The notes under the pieces: generated by a model
What the model was told of the DNA's origin: nothing
Database searches by the model: none
What the model saw: only the letters and a program-made list of their open reading frames with translations
Program-made: the position numbers and the translations under genes
From: Camelus dromedarius
Lineage: Eukaryota
DNA length: 64,000 nucleotides
NCBI RefSeq assembly: GCF_036321535.1
Contig: NC_087436.1
Location: 79,300,001 to 79,364,000 of the forward strand
Reading direction: 5' to 3'
In this document: piece by piece, positions 14,408-25,306 of the stretch
Layout: every line of letters starts with the position of its first letter
Numbering within the stretch: position 1 is the stretch's first letter

Positions 14408-14760
14408 GATGGTTAATTTTATGTGTCAACTTGGCTGAGCTATGGTGCCCAGATAATTGGTCAAATATTATTCTGGATGTTTTCATGAGATTAACATTTA
14501 AAATGATAGACTTTGAGTAAAGCAGATTGCCCTTTGTAATGTGGGTGGGCCTTGTCCAATCATTTGAAGACCTTGTATATAGAGCAAAAGACTGATCTCC
14601 CTCAAGCAAAAAGGAATTCTGCAGGCAATTGACCTTCAGACTTTACTGCAACATTGGTTTTTTCCTGCGTCAGAAGCCTCCTGGCCTACCCTGCAGATTT
14701 TGGGTTTACAGCCTCCATAATCCCGTGAGCCAGTTCCTTAAAATACATCATAAATCTCAG
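14408..14760 (+). mobile_element. MLT2-like (ERVL) LTR
   Basis: GATGGTTAATTTTATGTGTCAACTTGGCTGAGCTATGGTGCCCAGA is the typical MLT2 start; GCCTCCATAATCCCGTGAGCCAGTTCCTTAAAATA near the end. Confidence 0.78.
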
Positions 14761-15516
14761 GAGAAACCTGCCTAATATGGGAACATAACACCTAGTAGTT
14801 GGTGAATGAATTCATTCATTCATTCCACAAATATTTGCTTAAGTGATGAATCAGCCAAACACTTCACTCTATATGCACCATTCATTTTTACAGATTTACA
14901 TTTTTTAAGCAATTCTGCATTCATCATAATATTTGATCTTTAGAACAATTTTTCTTCTCTACTATTTTTCATCTGAATTTTGGAGCTGAGTCCTAGAGGT
15001 GTTTTAGATTTTAAAAAGTATCATTTGACTTCCAAAATAGATGTTGAATTTGTAAAAGTGACTTTCTAGCTTCAATAGTAGAATCAATAACTATAATGCT
15101 TCAGTCCTTAAAACTATTTTATGTGAAGTTGGTTTTCTTTACTGAAATTGTAATTGACAATAAAGTGACTATAAAATGAGAGGTGCTAAGAAATATGAGA
15201 CTAATCAGGGAAAAATTATGAAAAGCATCCACATGTTTATCGGCATACTGGTGAAACTGATTTCTCATTGTCTACCTCAGCAAACCCAACAACAGATCTC
15301 AGTCTCACTCTCCCTGATCTCCTCCATCTCACTCTCCCTGATCTCTCATGCTTGCTTCCTGAGAGCACCTCTCAAATAAACCAGTGGACCCCAAGTCCTT
15401 ATCTCAGGCTTTGCTTTTATTGACCCCAACATCTGACACCTAAGCATAGGAAGGGGTTGAACCCAACACACTAGTGGTTCTATAGCCTGTTTCTAGACTC
15501 TAATCAAAAGCTAATT

Positions 15517-15858
15517 ATGATATCACTTATATGTGGAGTCTAAAAAAAAGAATGACACAAATGAACTTATTTACAAAACAGAAGAGACTCACAAACATAG
15601 AGAACAAACTTATGGTTACCGTGGGGGAAGGGGAGGTCACGGATAAGTTTGGAGTTTGGGATTAGCAGATACAAACTACTATATACAGCATAAATAAACA
15701 AGGCCCTACTGTATAGAGCAGGGAACTATATTTAATAGCTTATAATAACCTATAATGAAAAAGAATATGTATAACTGAATCACTATGCTGTACACTAGAA
15801 ACTAACACAACATTGTAAGTCAACTGTACTTCAATAAAAATTTTTTTAATTAAAAAAA
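15517..15858 (+). mobile_element. L1 3' UTR fragment
   Basis: GATATCACTTATATGTGGAGTCTAAAAA...CTTCAATAAAAA; approximate TSD AAAAG(G)CTAATT on both sides. Confidence 0.88.
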
Positions 15859-16631
15859 GGCTAATTGTTACCTTACTTGGTGTAGAGGACCTGAACTGGT
15901 AATTCTGTTAACTCTGGCTATGGGGGTAAATTTGTAACTTTGGCATGAGAAAATGACATTTTTGTACAAATTGTATATATATAGGTTTTTCTATCAATGT
16001 TGTTTGTTTTTTGAGATGTTTAAATGCTTAGAGAACTTGCTGTAGTAAATTTGTAAATTTATTAGATGTATAAGAATTTTTTTAAAGTGTGTTTAGGAAG
16101 ACTATGTTAAATATGTAAATATGCCTTAAGTTTGGAGTGCTGCAAAATCAGATAAACTAGCCTTGTTATTCTTTGAAAGGTCTATGAGAATTTAAATAAA
16201 TATATAAGTTGCATTTAATAAAGTAACCTAAAAACCAATTAAAAAACTAGTGGACTATCATCAAATGTATAAAAATAAAGAACAAATTCAATTTAAATCA
16301 AAGATATTATAAAAACTTACAGCATTTAATGACAATAATAGGGAAGATTTTTTAAGAATACTGTTAAATATTTAAGTATCTAAATTGCTCCAGGGCTTTC
16401 CAACCTATAAGTCTGTAGAATTGAGAATGGTATAAAATTGGAAAAGGACAAGACAGAAGTACCTTACCCTTGGGAAAAAAACACAAATCTCTGACCTAGA
16501 GATGGAGTGAGTACAGGAATGGTCACACTACGTTTTTCTAAGGCACACAGTACATGAGGTGGTCTCCATATCATGTGTAACATATTCTTCTACAGTGGAA
16601 ACTAGTTATTTCTTTCACTACCATTTAATTT

Positions 16632-17417
16632 AATTTTTTTAATTGAAGTATAGTTAATTTACAATATTGTGTTAGTTTCTGGTGTACTGCATAGTGATTC
16701 AGTTATATATATATTCTTTTTCATTATAAACTATTATAAGATACTGAATATAGTTTTAAATATAGTCAGTTTACAATGTGTCAGTTTCTGGCATACAGCA
16801 TAATGTTTTAGTCATACATATATTTGTTTTCATATTCTTTTTCATTATAGGTTACTACAAGATATTGAATATAGTTCCCTGTGCTACACAGAAGAAACTT
16901 GTTGTTTATCTATTTTATATATACTAGTTAATATTTGCAAATCTCAAACCCCCGATTTATCCCTTCCCACCACCTTTCCCCCTAGTAACCATAAGATTGT
17001 TTACTATGTCTGCAAGTCTGTTTTGTAGATAAGTTCATTAGCATCTTTTTTCTTTTTTTAGATTCCACATGTGAGTGGTATTATCTGGCATTTTTCTTTT
17101 TCTTTCTGGCTTACTTCACTTAGAATGACAATCTCCAGGTCCATCCGTGTTGCTGCCAATGGCATTGTTTTTTCTTTTTTATGGCTAAGTAGTAATCCAT
17201 TGTATAAATATGCCACAACTTCTTTATCCAGTCATCTGTTGATGCATATTTAGGTTGTTTCATGTCTTGGCTATTGTAAATAGTACTACTGTGAACATTG
17301 GGGTGCATGTATCTTTTTGAATTGGAGTTTCCCCTAGATATATGCCCAGGAGTAGGATTGCTGGATCATATGGTAACTCCATTTTTAGTTTTTTTAAGGA
17401 ATCTCTGCTGTTTTTCA
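16632..17417 (-). mobile_element. Truncated L1 carrying two tandem 3' ends
   Basis: ORF2 end and 3'UTR similarity; TSD TCA(C/T)TACCATTTAATTT at 16615-16631 and 17418-17434. Confidence 0.88.
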
Positions 17418-18874
17418 TCATTACCATTTAATTTTAGTTTTGAATGCCCCTGGTTTGATTTTGTATTGCATTGTCAGATAAAATAGATGGTATTTATGTT
17501 AGTTTTGTTGGTCATCAAAATTCAGGTTAGAAGAATAATTAAAAGACTTACCAACTATGAGGTGTTTTTACAGGTTGATGAGACACATCAGAAGTTTTAA
17601 AAAAAGAAAGAGAAAATGGGTGCATTTACCGACTGACACACACAATTTTCACAGCAAGACTTGGAAACTCCCATTGTCATGGAGATGAAATGAACCACAA
17701 AGGTGAAACTAAAAGACAGAAATAATTTTGAGCCAATGTAATAAGTTGCAGAAAATATATGTATTTGATTGATTAAATTAAAGTGTGTGGGCTCAAAACT
17801 CTCACTGACATGACAAGCAAGAAGCTTCCTCTAAAAAAGTTTAAGAAAACCCTAATAATAATGCACTTAATATTCATTAATATACAACTGAGAGCATTCC
17901 TTTCTTCACATAACTATGCCCGTATTCTTCACATAATCACCCACCACTAGTAAGAGCTTTCTAGGGATAATTTTAAAAAGACTTTTTGATGATAGCAGAC
18001 AATACCTTTTGAGGTTTGAAACACCACTAAATTTTTCTGTATGTACAAAATCAAAATATCTAAGGTAGTTTCAAATTTGAATGTTCTTCTCTGTCATTAA
18101 GGAAACATCTGAAGGGCTACTGTGTGCCAGACAATATGCTAAGCACAGGGAATACAAAGATGAATAAGATATTGTACCTCTTTCTTACAAGCATAGAGTC
18201 AAGTTAAAAAGATAAACAGACACAATTAAGATGCAACAAGAATGCCACAGTAAACGTTGTAACTGCTGTAGAAGCAAAGAAGATGTGACTCAAGCCACCT
18301 GAACGATAGGGGAGGCATTGGAACTATTTGAGTTGCATCTTAAGAAATATAAGTCTGCCACATAGAGAGGGGAGTTAGAAGTCCAGGTGGAGAGCAGAAG
18401 GAGCAACACAGGAACAAAAGTTAAAAGGTACAGGAACAAAATTTAAAGAGGCTGTAGGTCCAGACTTCTCAACCAATGTGCGGGTTGGAGACCAGAATCC
18501 ATAGGGAAGGTAATGAGTTAAGGCTGAAGGAAACAGCAGGTGCCAGGCTGTGGAGGACCTTATATGCTATGGGAAGTGGAGAACCGTTTAAGAATTTTAA
18601 GCAAAATCAGGGAGAACAATTAGGAGATTATTACAATAATACAAGTGAAAAATTAAGCCTTGAACTTCTTAAATGGCAGAGGGGACACGGAAAAGAAAAC
18701 TAGGACAGAACTTTGATCATGATTGAATCTACATGATGAGGGAGGAAATCGTGTTTATGTCTGATGATCCCTTTTCTTCAAAGTCAACTTTTGGTGTAAG
18801 GGAGGCTGAAAGGACAAAGGGTAGGCGGTGTACACAAAGTGGTGAAGGAAAACAAGGGCTCTGTAAGTTTAAGC

Positions 18875-18925
18875 TTTATTAAAAGAATAATCATGCAATA
18901 TTGAGGTTATAAAAATTACTTTATT
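18875..18925 (-). terminator. Candidate distal HPSE polyadenylation signals (two AATAAA)
   Basis: TTTATT on the + strand at 18875-18880 and 18920-18925, in AU-rich sequence about 1.45 kb past the stop. A more proximal ATTAAA lies at 20083-20088. Confidence 0.55.
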
Positions 18926-19229
18926 TCGAATGTGAAAATATAAAAACCACATACGTATAAAACTTAAGGATATTAAAGCATCCAAACTTTGAGTTCGAGC
19001 TTTAGCTCTTATAAATGTACTTAAATTTAATTGTGACAATATTCACAGCAGGCATAAATATAAAAAGAATTATATTTCTAAGAATTAAGACACAAGAGGA
19101 AAAATAACACATTCTGTCACTGATAAAAAGCACAGAACTGTAGTGGTCAGTGTCATGGACTTCCCAACAGCCTCTTCATTCCAAAAGATTCCAGAGGAGA
19201 CAGTGGTAGGGATCTCACTGATGTTGGCA

Positions 19230-19608
19230 GTGGCTGGAGGGAGTGGCCACGCAACACATTCCTGACCAATAAGACGCGAGGAGACATGAGGAGAGGTTTG
19301 CTGAGAGAACCCCTGAGAAAGGGTCCTTCAAGTCTATGAAGGAGAAAGAAAAAATTGCTCATCTTCTTGCTCTGGCTGCTGCTGAACAGGCCCATGGAAT
19401 AGCTACAGCCATCATGCCAGCAGCTTGAGAATCAAACCAACACTAAAGGTGACAGAGCAGAGAGATGGAAGGAGCCTGATTCCGTGATGACAAACGGAGC
19501 TGTGGAGCTCACCGTGCTTGAACTTCTCGTTATGTGGGTTCATACATGTTCTTGAGGTTTAAGCCACTGGAATCAAGGTTTTCTGTTACTTGCAGCCAAC
19601 TAAAACAA
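19230..19608 (+). mobile_element. MLT1-like (MaLR) LTR within the probable HPSE 3'UTR
   Basis: Ends GTTTAAGCCACTG...GGTTTTCTGTTACTTGCAGCCAA, a typical MLT1 3' end. Start approximate. Confidence 0.6.
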
Positions 19609-20340
19609 GAACATTAAGGTAGATTAAAGGTAAACATTAATCGGGATGGTTATACTGTATTGAACTAAGTTTTCTCCTCTTGGTAAATCAATTTCACTTA
19701 CAGACATTTGAAAATATTATATTTGAAGTTTACATAATCCCTTCCCTCTGAATTGTCATTAATCATTTTTTAAAAAATACTTTTACATCTAAGCATCTGT
19801 CCTCTGACAAAGACGACCAGAACAGAGAGAAGAGAAGCAGTGGCTGAATTTAGCTCTCTGTTAAGCTGCAAAGAGATTGTCTCTCTTTTATAGATGATTT
19901 GAAGGTTGTGGTAGTAAACTTTGACTGACAGCAGCCCATAGAGATAGCATAGAGAGGAAAGAATCCGGCAATCTTCTAATAACTGGTTTTTTTGAAAAAT
20001 AAAAACATCTAAGCACTTTCTTAAAATAACATATCCTTCATTTACTTGCCTCCTGGCTGTATTGGGAACATTTGTATACATTTTTAATAACCTTAAATAA
20101 AAATAGTACATGCAAAGTACAAGCATAGTGTTTGGCACTGGGTGTTATTATTAGCAGTGGTCTACTTAGAGCGAAATACTGTGCTAAATCTAGCCTGAGA
20201 GTGTCCCAGTGGCTCTGTGATGCTCCCATGAGTTGATCTGTAATGCATCTGCTCGCCTTCCTATAGCTTGAGTTTTGCTTTTCTCTTATCAATACACTTG
20301 ACAAAAATAAATCCCCGGGGCCACTTTATGTCTTTCATCT

Positions 20341-20500
20341 TCAGATGCAAGCAGCAACTTTGGCATTTCTTATTACAAAAAACCCGTATGAGAAAGCCGG
20401 CAGGCCCAGTGAGCTTCCTGGGCGGAGAGGTTTTTCGGTCAAAGCTGGCAGGGTTTGGTTATCCACCATCTTCAGAGTTTGACCATTGAGCTGGACCGAT
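20341..20500 (-). CDS. HPSE: HPSE coding exon 12 (160 nt incl. TGA)
   Basis: [52 protein letters not shown]; acceptor CCTTTGCAG|A. The 12 exons sum to 1638 nt with no frameshift. Confidence 0.97.
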
Positions 20501-20669
20501 CTGCAAAGGGGAAAGATACATCCAAGTTAGCCAAGTTGCATGTCCTCCCCCCACTCTATAAAATCATGAGATCTTTGTAAGACCAAAAAGATGTTCTGTG
20601 GCAGCCTATATTATACAGTGTGTTCCCACACTGTATCAGCTAGGTATCTGACCTACATGATCTTTAAGC

Positions 20670-20755
20670 TACACTGGTAGAGCTGAGTAGCTGTGACAGA
20701 AACCACACAGCCTGCAAAGCCCAAAATATTTACTATCTGGCCCTTTACAGAAGTG
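20670..20755 (+). mobile_element. MER58-like fragment
   Basis: GCCTGCAAAGCCCAAAATATTTACTATCTGGCCCTTTACAGAA. Confidence 0.65.
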
Positions 20756-20904
20756 GAACACTTGATATTCCATACTAGGCAAGATGATGGGGTATAAAGA
20801 AGATGAAGATGACATACTTCTGGATTGGTGGCCTTTTTTCTTTTGGATGGTAAGTAATTGAAAATTTTTTTTTAACTTTACTCATGTACTTATTTTACAG
20901 TGTC

Positions 20905-21122
20905 ATATTTTTTAAGTTGAAGTATAGTTGATGTACAGTATTGTAAGTTACAGGTATACAAGATAGTAATTCACACTTTTTAAAGATTATACCATTTATA
21001 GTTATTATAAAATATTGGCTATGGTTCCCATGTTGTACGATACATACTTGTAGCTTATTTTATACCTGATAGTTTGTACCTCTAAATCCTCCACTTCCAT
21101 CCTGTCCCTCCCCCTTCCCTTG
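20905..21122 (-). mobile_element. L1 3' end fragment
   Basis: TTTTTTAAGTTGAAGTATAGTTGATGTACAG...CCCCTTCCC on the + strand, typical of an inverted L1 3' UTR. Confidence 0.75.
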
Positions 21123-22121
21123 AAACGTTTTTATATAAAGCAAATAAATATATGGAATAGAATGTGAATTTCATGAATTAAACATAAAAAATGATGATCA
21201 ATGAAATTTCCCACTTGTAACTATGTCCATAAACCCACCAACTCCCCTTCCCCCAGGAGGAATGCATTCCTTTTATGTCATTAAGCCATTTTGGTAGCAT
21301 GTATATTGCTGTGGTGAGACAAAAATGATTTTGCTTAGCTAAACCACAGATTCCAAAAAGATTATGTTTTCTTTGCATTTCACTGTTGAAACTGAAGTTC
21401 AAAACTGAGTCAAAAAATGAAAAAAATTAAGGACAAGTGTTATTTCTTATGCTTATTTATTATTACTTAAATCAAATTAGTACATGTCTACAGCAACAAA
21501 TCTAATACAAACAAGAGCTTATAAAGAAAACTTTAGTCTGCTTTCAGTCCTACTGATAGTTTCGTAATTTTAAATGGTGCTTATATCTCTTTTACTTTTT
21601 TCTTAAATGCTTTTTGTATTATGAAATTTTTATAATATGAACAAGTTTTTTACTGTTGAAAATTTAGGTAATGTCAGAGTTATATCTATGTCATATATGT
21701 AATACATGTATTATATGTAGAACACTTATAACAGTGCCTTGCATACAGTAAGCTCTGTAAAAGTACTATCTACTGTCATTATTATTCAGATAAATAAATG
21801 TAACAAAAGCAACCTGTTAACTCATCATAACCATTTTTAATATTTTGATGTATATTCCTTCATCTCTTTTGTATATGTGTGTCTACATGCATAGTTTCAT
21901 TTAAACAAAAATGAGCATACAGTACAAAGTCTCTTAAAACTTGATTCTTTTTCCGTTAATACATCCTAATGTTTGCTCACACCATTAAACATTCATCCAC
22001 TACACCATTTTAATGGCTGCACAGGATTCTGTTGTGTGAGTATATTAGTTTATTTACTAAACTGTCTAATGTTAGACATTTAGTTGTTTTTTAGTTGAGC
22101 ATTATTATAAGTTTTGATTTT

Positions 22122-22345
22122 TATTTATTTATTCATTTTTAATTTAACATTTTTTATTGAGTTATAGTCAGTTTACAATGTTGTGTCAATTTCCAGTGTA
22201 GAGCACAATTTTTCAGTTGTACGTGAACATACATATATTCATTGTCACATTCTTTCTAGCTGTGAGCTACCACAAGATCTTGTATATATTTCCCTGTGCT
22301 ATACAGTATCATCCTGTTTATCTATTCTACATATGCCTGTCAGTG
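22122..22345 (-). mobile_element. Younger L1 3' end with TSD
   Basis: Closely similar to the reverse complement of 36570-36770; TSD TAAGTTTT(G/C)ATTTTT at about 22107-22121 and 22346-22360. Confidence 0.85.
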
Positions 22346-23879
22346 TAAGTTTTCATTTTTAAAGATCTCTCACACTGTATCCTCACTAAGCATCAGTCAG
22401 CAGAAAAAACCATTTAACCTTGGTTAGACGCCCAGCACTGGGCTCTGTGTCTGGAGACTTGTTGACCATGATTGTGCTGGAGGCTGGTGAGCCTGCGCTG
22501 CAGTTACCCTCAGCCCATATACACCCTGAGCCTTGCTCTAGCACCTCTGTCACAGCAGCCCCTTGATGAGGTGGGGGAGGAAACATCATGACCATCATCA
22601 GGAAGCCAGAAACAAACATCTCTAACTGGTGGTAGCAAGGGCTCTTCTGCATGAAATTCTGCATTTACAAGGGTACACAGAAAGGTTTCAGCAATGCTTA
22701 GAAGAGGCCACAGAGTTTAAAGGTAAATCTGATCATTGTAAATTAATACTGCTGTGGGTTAAGATGATGAAACATGGGCAAGATAATACCCAATCCATCT
22801 GGCTGTACTGTTTAATCAGCTATAAATGTAGCAAAACAATGTTAACAGTATACTGAGTGTAAGCTGAAAGCATGCTGAATATTTCCTCATCGGGCTGGGA
22901 TATGAGGGCAGAGTTTTATCTGAGGGTAGGATCTTGTTTCATATTTTGAAGTCAGTTACAGGATGACAAGAAATGGAAGACATGCTTGTCAAGTTTCGGA
23001 TGGAATAGCATTGGAAGGAATTAGCAAGCAACAGATTTGGCAGAGTTGGAGATGCTGGGCAAAATTTATCTGTGATATATAAAATAGACAATGTATTATC
23101 TGAGATAATGTAAAATACTACTTTCATATTAAAATATATTCACCTCAAGTATTTATTAAATACTATGCAGGACTTTCTATGGGTGCTACACAAGTTATTC
23201 AAGTAAAAAAATATTTTTTTAAAAGCAACTGCTGTTTAACCCTCTTGAGATTATTAGCATGAGCAAGTGTGCAGGCTGTGAACTCATCAGACGTATCTCA
23301 GGTACTTTGGCAACATTTTAAAGAGAGAAATACATAAGTGATGTATACTTATCAAAGAGAACTTAGGGTAATAAAACATCTACAATTTCACCAGTTTTCC
23401 AATTGTAAAGCAATTGTAATACTGTAAAAGAATCACACCCAGCTCACTGATATTTTACACCAATTCCTATGCATTTATATAGCAATTATACATAGGTATG
23501 TTTTACTTAGTGACTGTGTAACCAAGAATTATGTCTTTTTAGAGCAAATAATCTAAATGCATTGAGTGGCTCTTGATGTATCAAGTTCCTTTGAAATAAA
23601 AACATTCCCCTAAGATAATTGCTAGTTTGTGTTCCTATCCTTCTGCTTTGGACTCTTAGGGTGACTTACACCTGGGTTAGTATGTATTCACACATAAACT
23701 TCCTGAATATTAAGAATTGTTAGAACTTGAAATAGTTCATTCTTTTCTTTCTTTTCTTTTCTGTCTCTCTGTCTCTCTCACTCTCTCTTTCTGCTCCCGG
23801 TTAACACTCTGTGTCCTAGTAAGCGCCAATAAAATTCACTTTTGGTGAAAGTTTGAAATGAACCAGGAAAATTACTCAC

Positions 23880-24026
23880 TTGGAAAGTAACCCATCAGGT
23901 CCCGAAGGTTTTATGAGGTATTTGTCCACTTGCTTGTCAAACAAGTGATACGGTAGCTGCAAGCGCTTGGTGACATTATGGAGGTTTAAGGCATACAGAG
24001 TTAAATCGCCTTCTTTATACCTTGGG
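23880..24026 (-). CDS. HPSE: HPSE coding exon 11 (147 nt)
   Basis: [48 protein letters not shown](K); acceptor GCTTTTAG|C, donor AA|GTGAGT. Confidence 0.96.
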
Positions 24027-25187
24027 CTAAAAGCAAATAGATTAACTCAATAAAAATATGTATCTAATTTAAGCAATTAAGTAGTTGATTACAAACATAA
24101 TCATGGGTAGTACTGAGTATTCATACCTATATGCTGGGACCTTTCTGTATCCTTCCTGTTATGGTAATATTAGACCCCTGATGTGGTCCTGTTTTGAAAA
24201 CATGCTAAAGATATTGCTCTTCACAGTACCATCTTCTGGGCTTGAGCACTTTGAGGTCTTTGCTCTTTTGCCAGGGGGAGTTGTGAGGAAGCCAGACAGC
24301 CCATACATGTTCAAACATAGGAAAGTTAAAAGGAAATTATGTGGGTTCATGTGAATTCAAATTATAAACCATATAAACGGGTTTTTTTCCCCTAGCCTTA
24401 TGAAAAGACTAAAACAAGAAAATTAAATCTACCGACACTTTTCAGTGGATTTAATCCATCCAAACCGTTCCGCACTTCTTCCTAGTGGAGCCCACTCACC
24501 AGAAACAGAGTTCCCGCTCACTGGAATTGGAAATAGTGGGTGGCTTTTTTAGCTAGAGTTAGTATTTTAGTATCATTCTATCTGGGAAGACAGATTGAAA
24601 CCAAGAAGAGAAAAATCTCTGAGATTTAGGAACATTTTTTTGCTACTTAAGACCAGAATACTGTACTACAAAAACCTCTGTAGCCTCTTAACTCCAGAAA
24701 TTGTGTTGAAACTTTTGGAAGCATGAGTGTTATTGGCGTCATTGTTCTCCTTTTAACTCTTCCTCCTTATTAAATTTATCAGCTATGATGCAAAGGGATA
24801 TGTATATTCATACAATCACTCATATAAGTTCATATTTATATTCAGTCATAGTCATTCAATTAATGAATCATTCATATAAAATTAATTATGTGTTCTTACA
24901 TTTGTACTATTCTTTAGTTATTTAAATTCAGTATATATTTTCATTATAGATTATGATAATTAAACCATTGTACAGACTTTTGCTGGACTGCAAATGCTAC
25001 ATTTAACCTATTTCTTTTTTAGCTAGACTCTGGCACCATATTACTATGAGCATGAAAAAAAAAATAAAGACAAATGACATACTTTAGACCCACTATATAT
25101 ATAGAAGACAACAGGGTATTAGAGTAGGAAGTTATGTGCTTACTAATTAAAAACTGTTGATTGGTAAAGGGTGTTTTACACACTTAC

Positions 25188-25306
25188 TGGTTGATGTTTG
25201 TGCAGTGAAGGTATACTCGAAGTTTGCTTCTGTCTGGACCTTTCACACTTGCCATTAACACATTGGTGCCCACCAGTTTCTTGAACAGAAGAGAGAGCCA
25301 GTAATC
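25188..25306 (-). CDS. HPSE: HPSE coding exon 10 (119 nt)
   Basis: [39 protein letters not shown](H); acceptor ACTAG|G, donor CA|GTAAGT. Confidence 0.96.

Noticed and set aside
15296..15348. Short tandem duplications here and at about 18408, 29981 and 36826
   Set aside because: Ordinary two-copy slippage duplications with no spacer array structure; not CRISPR-like.
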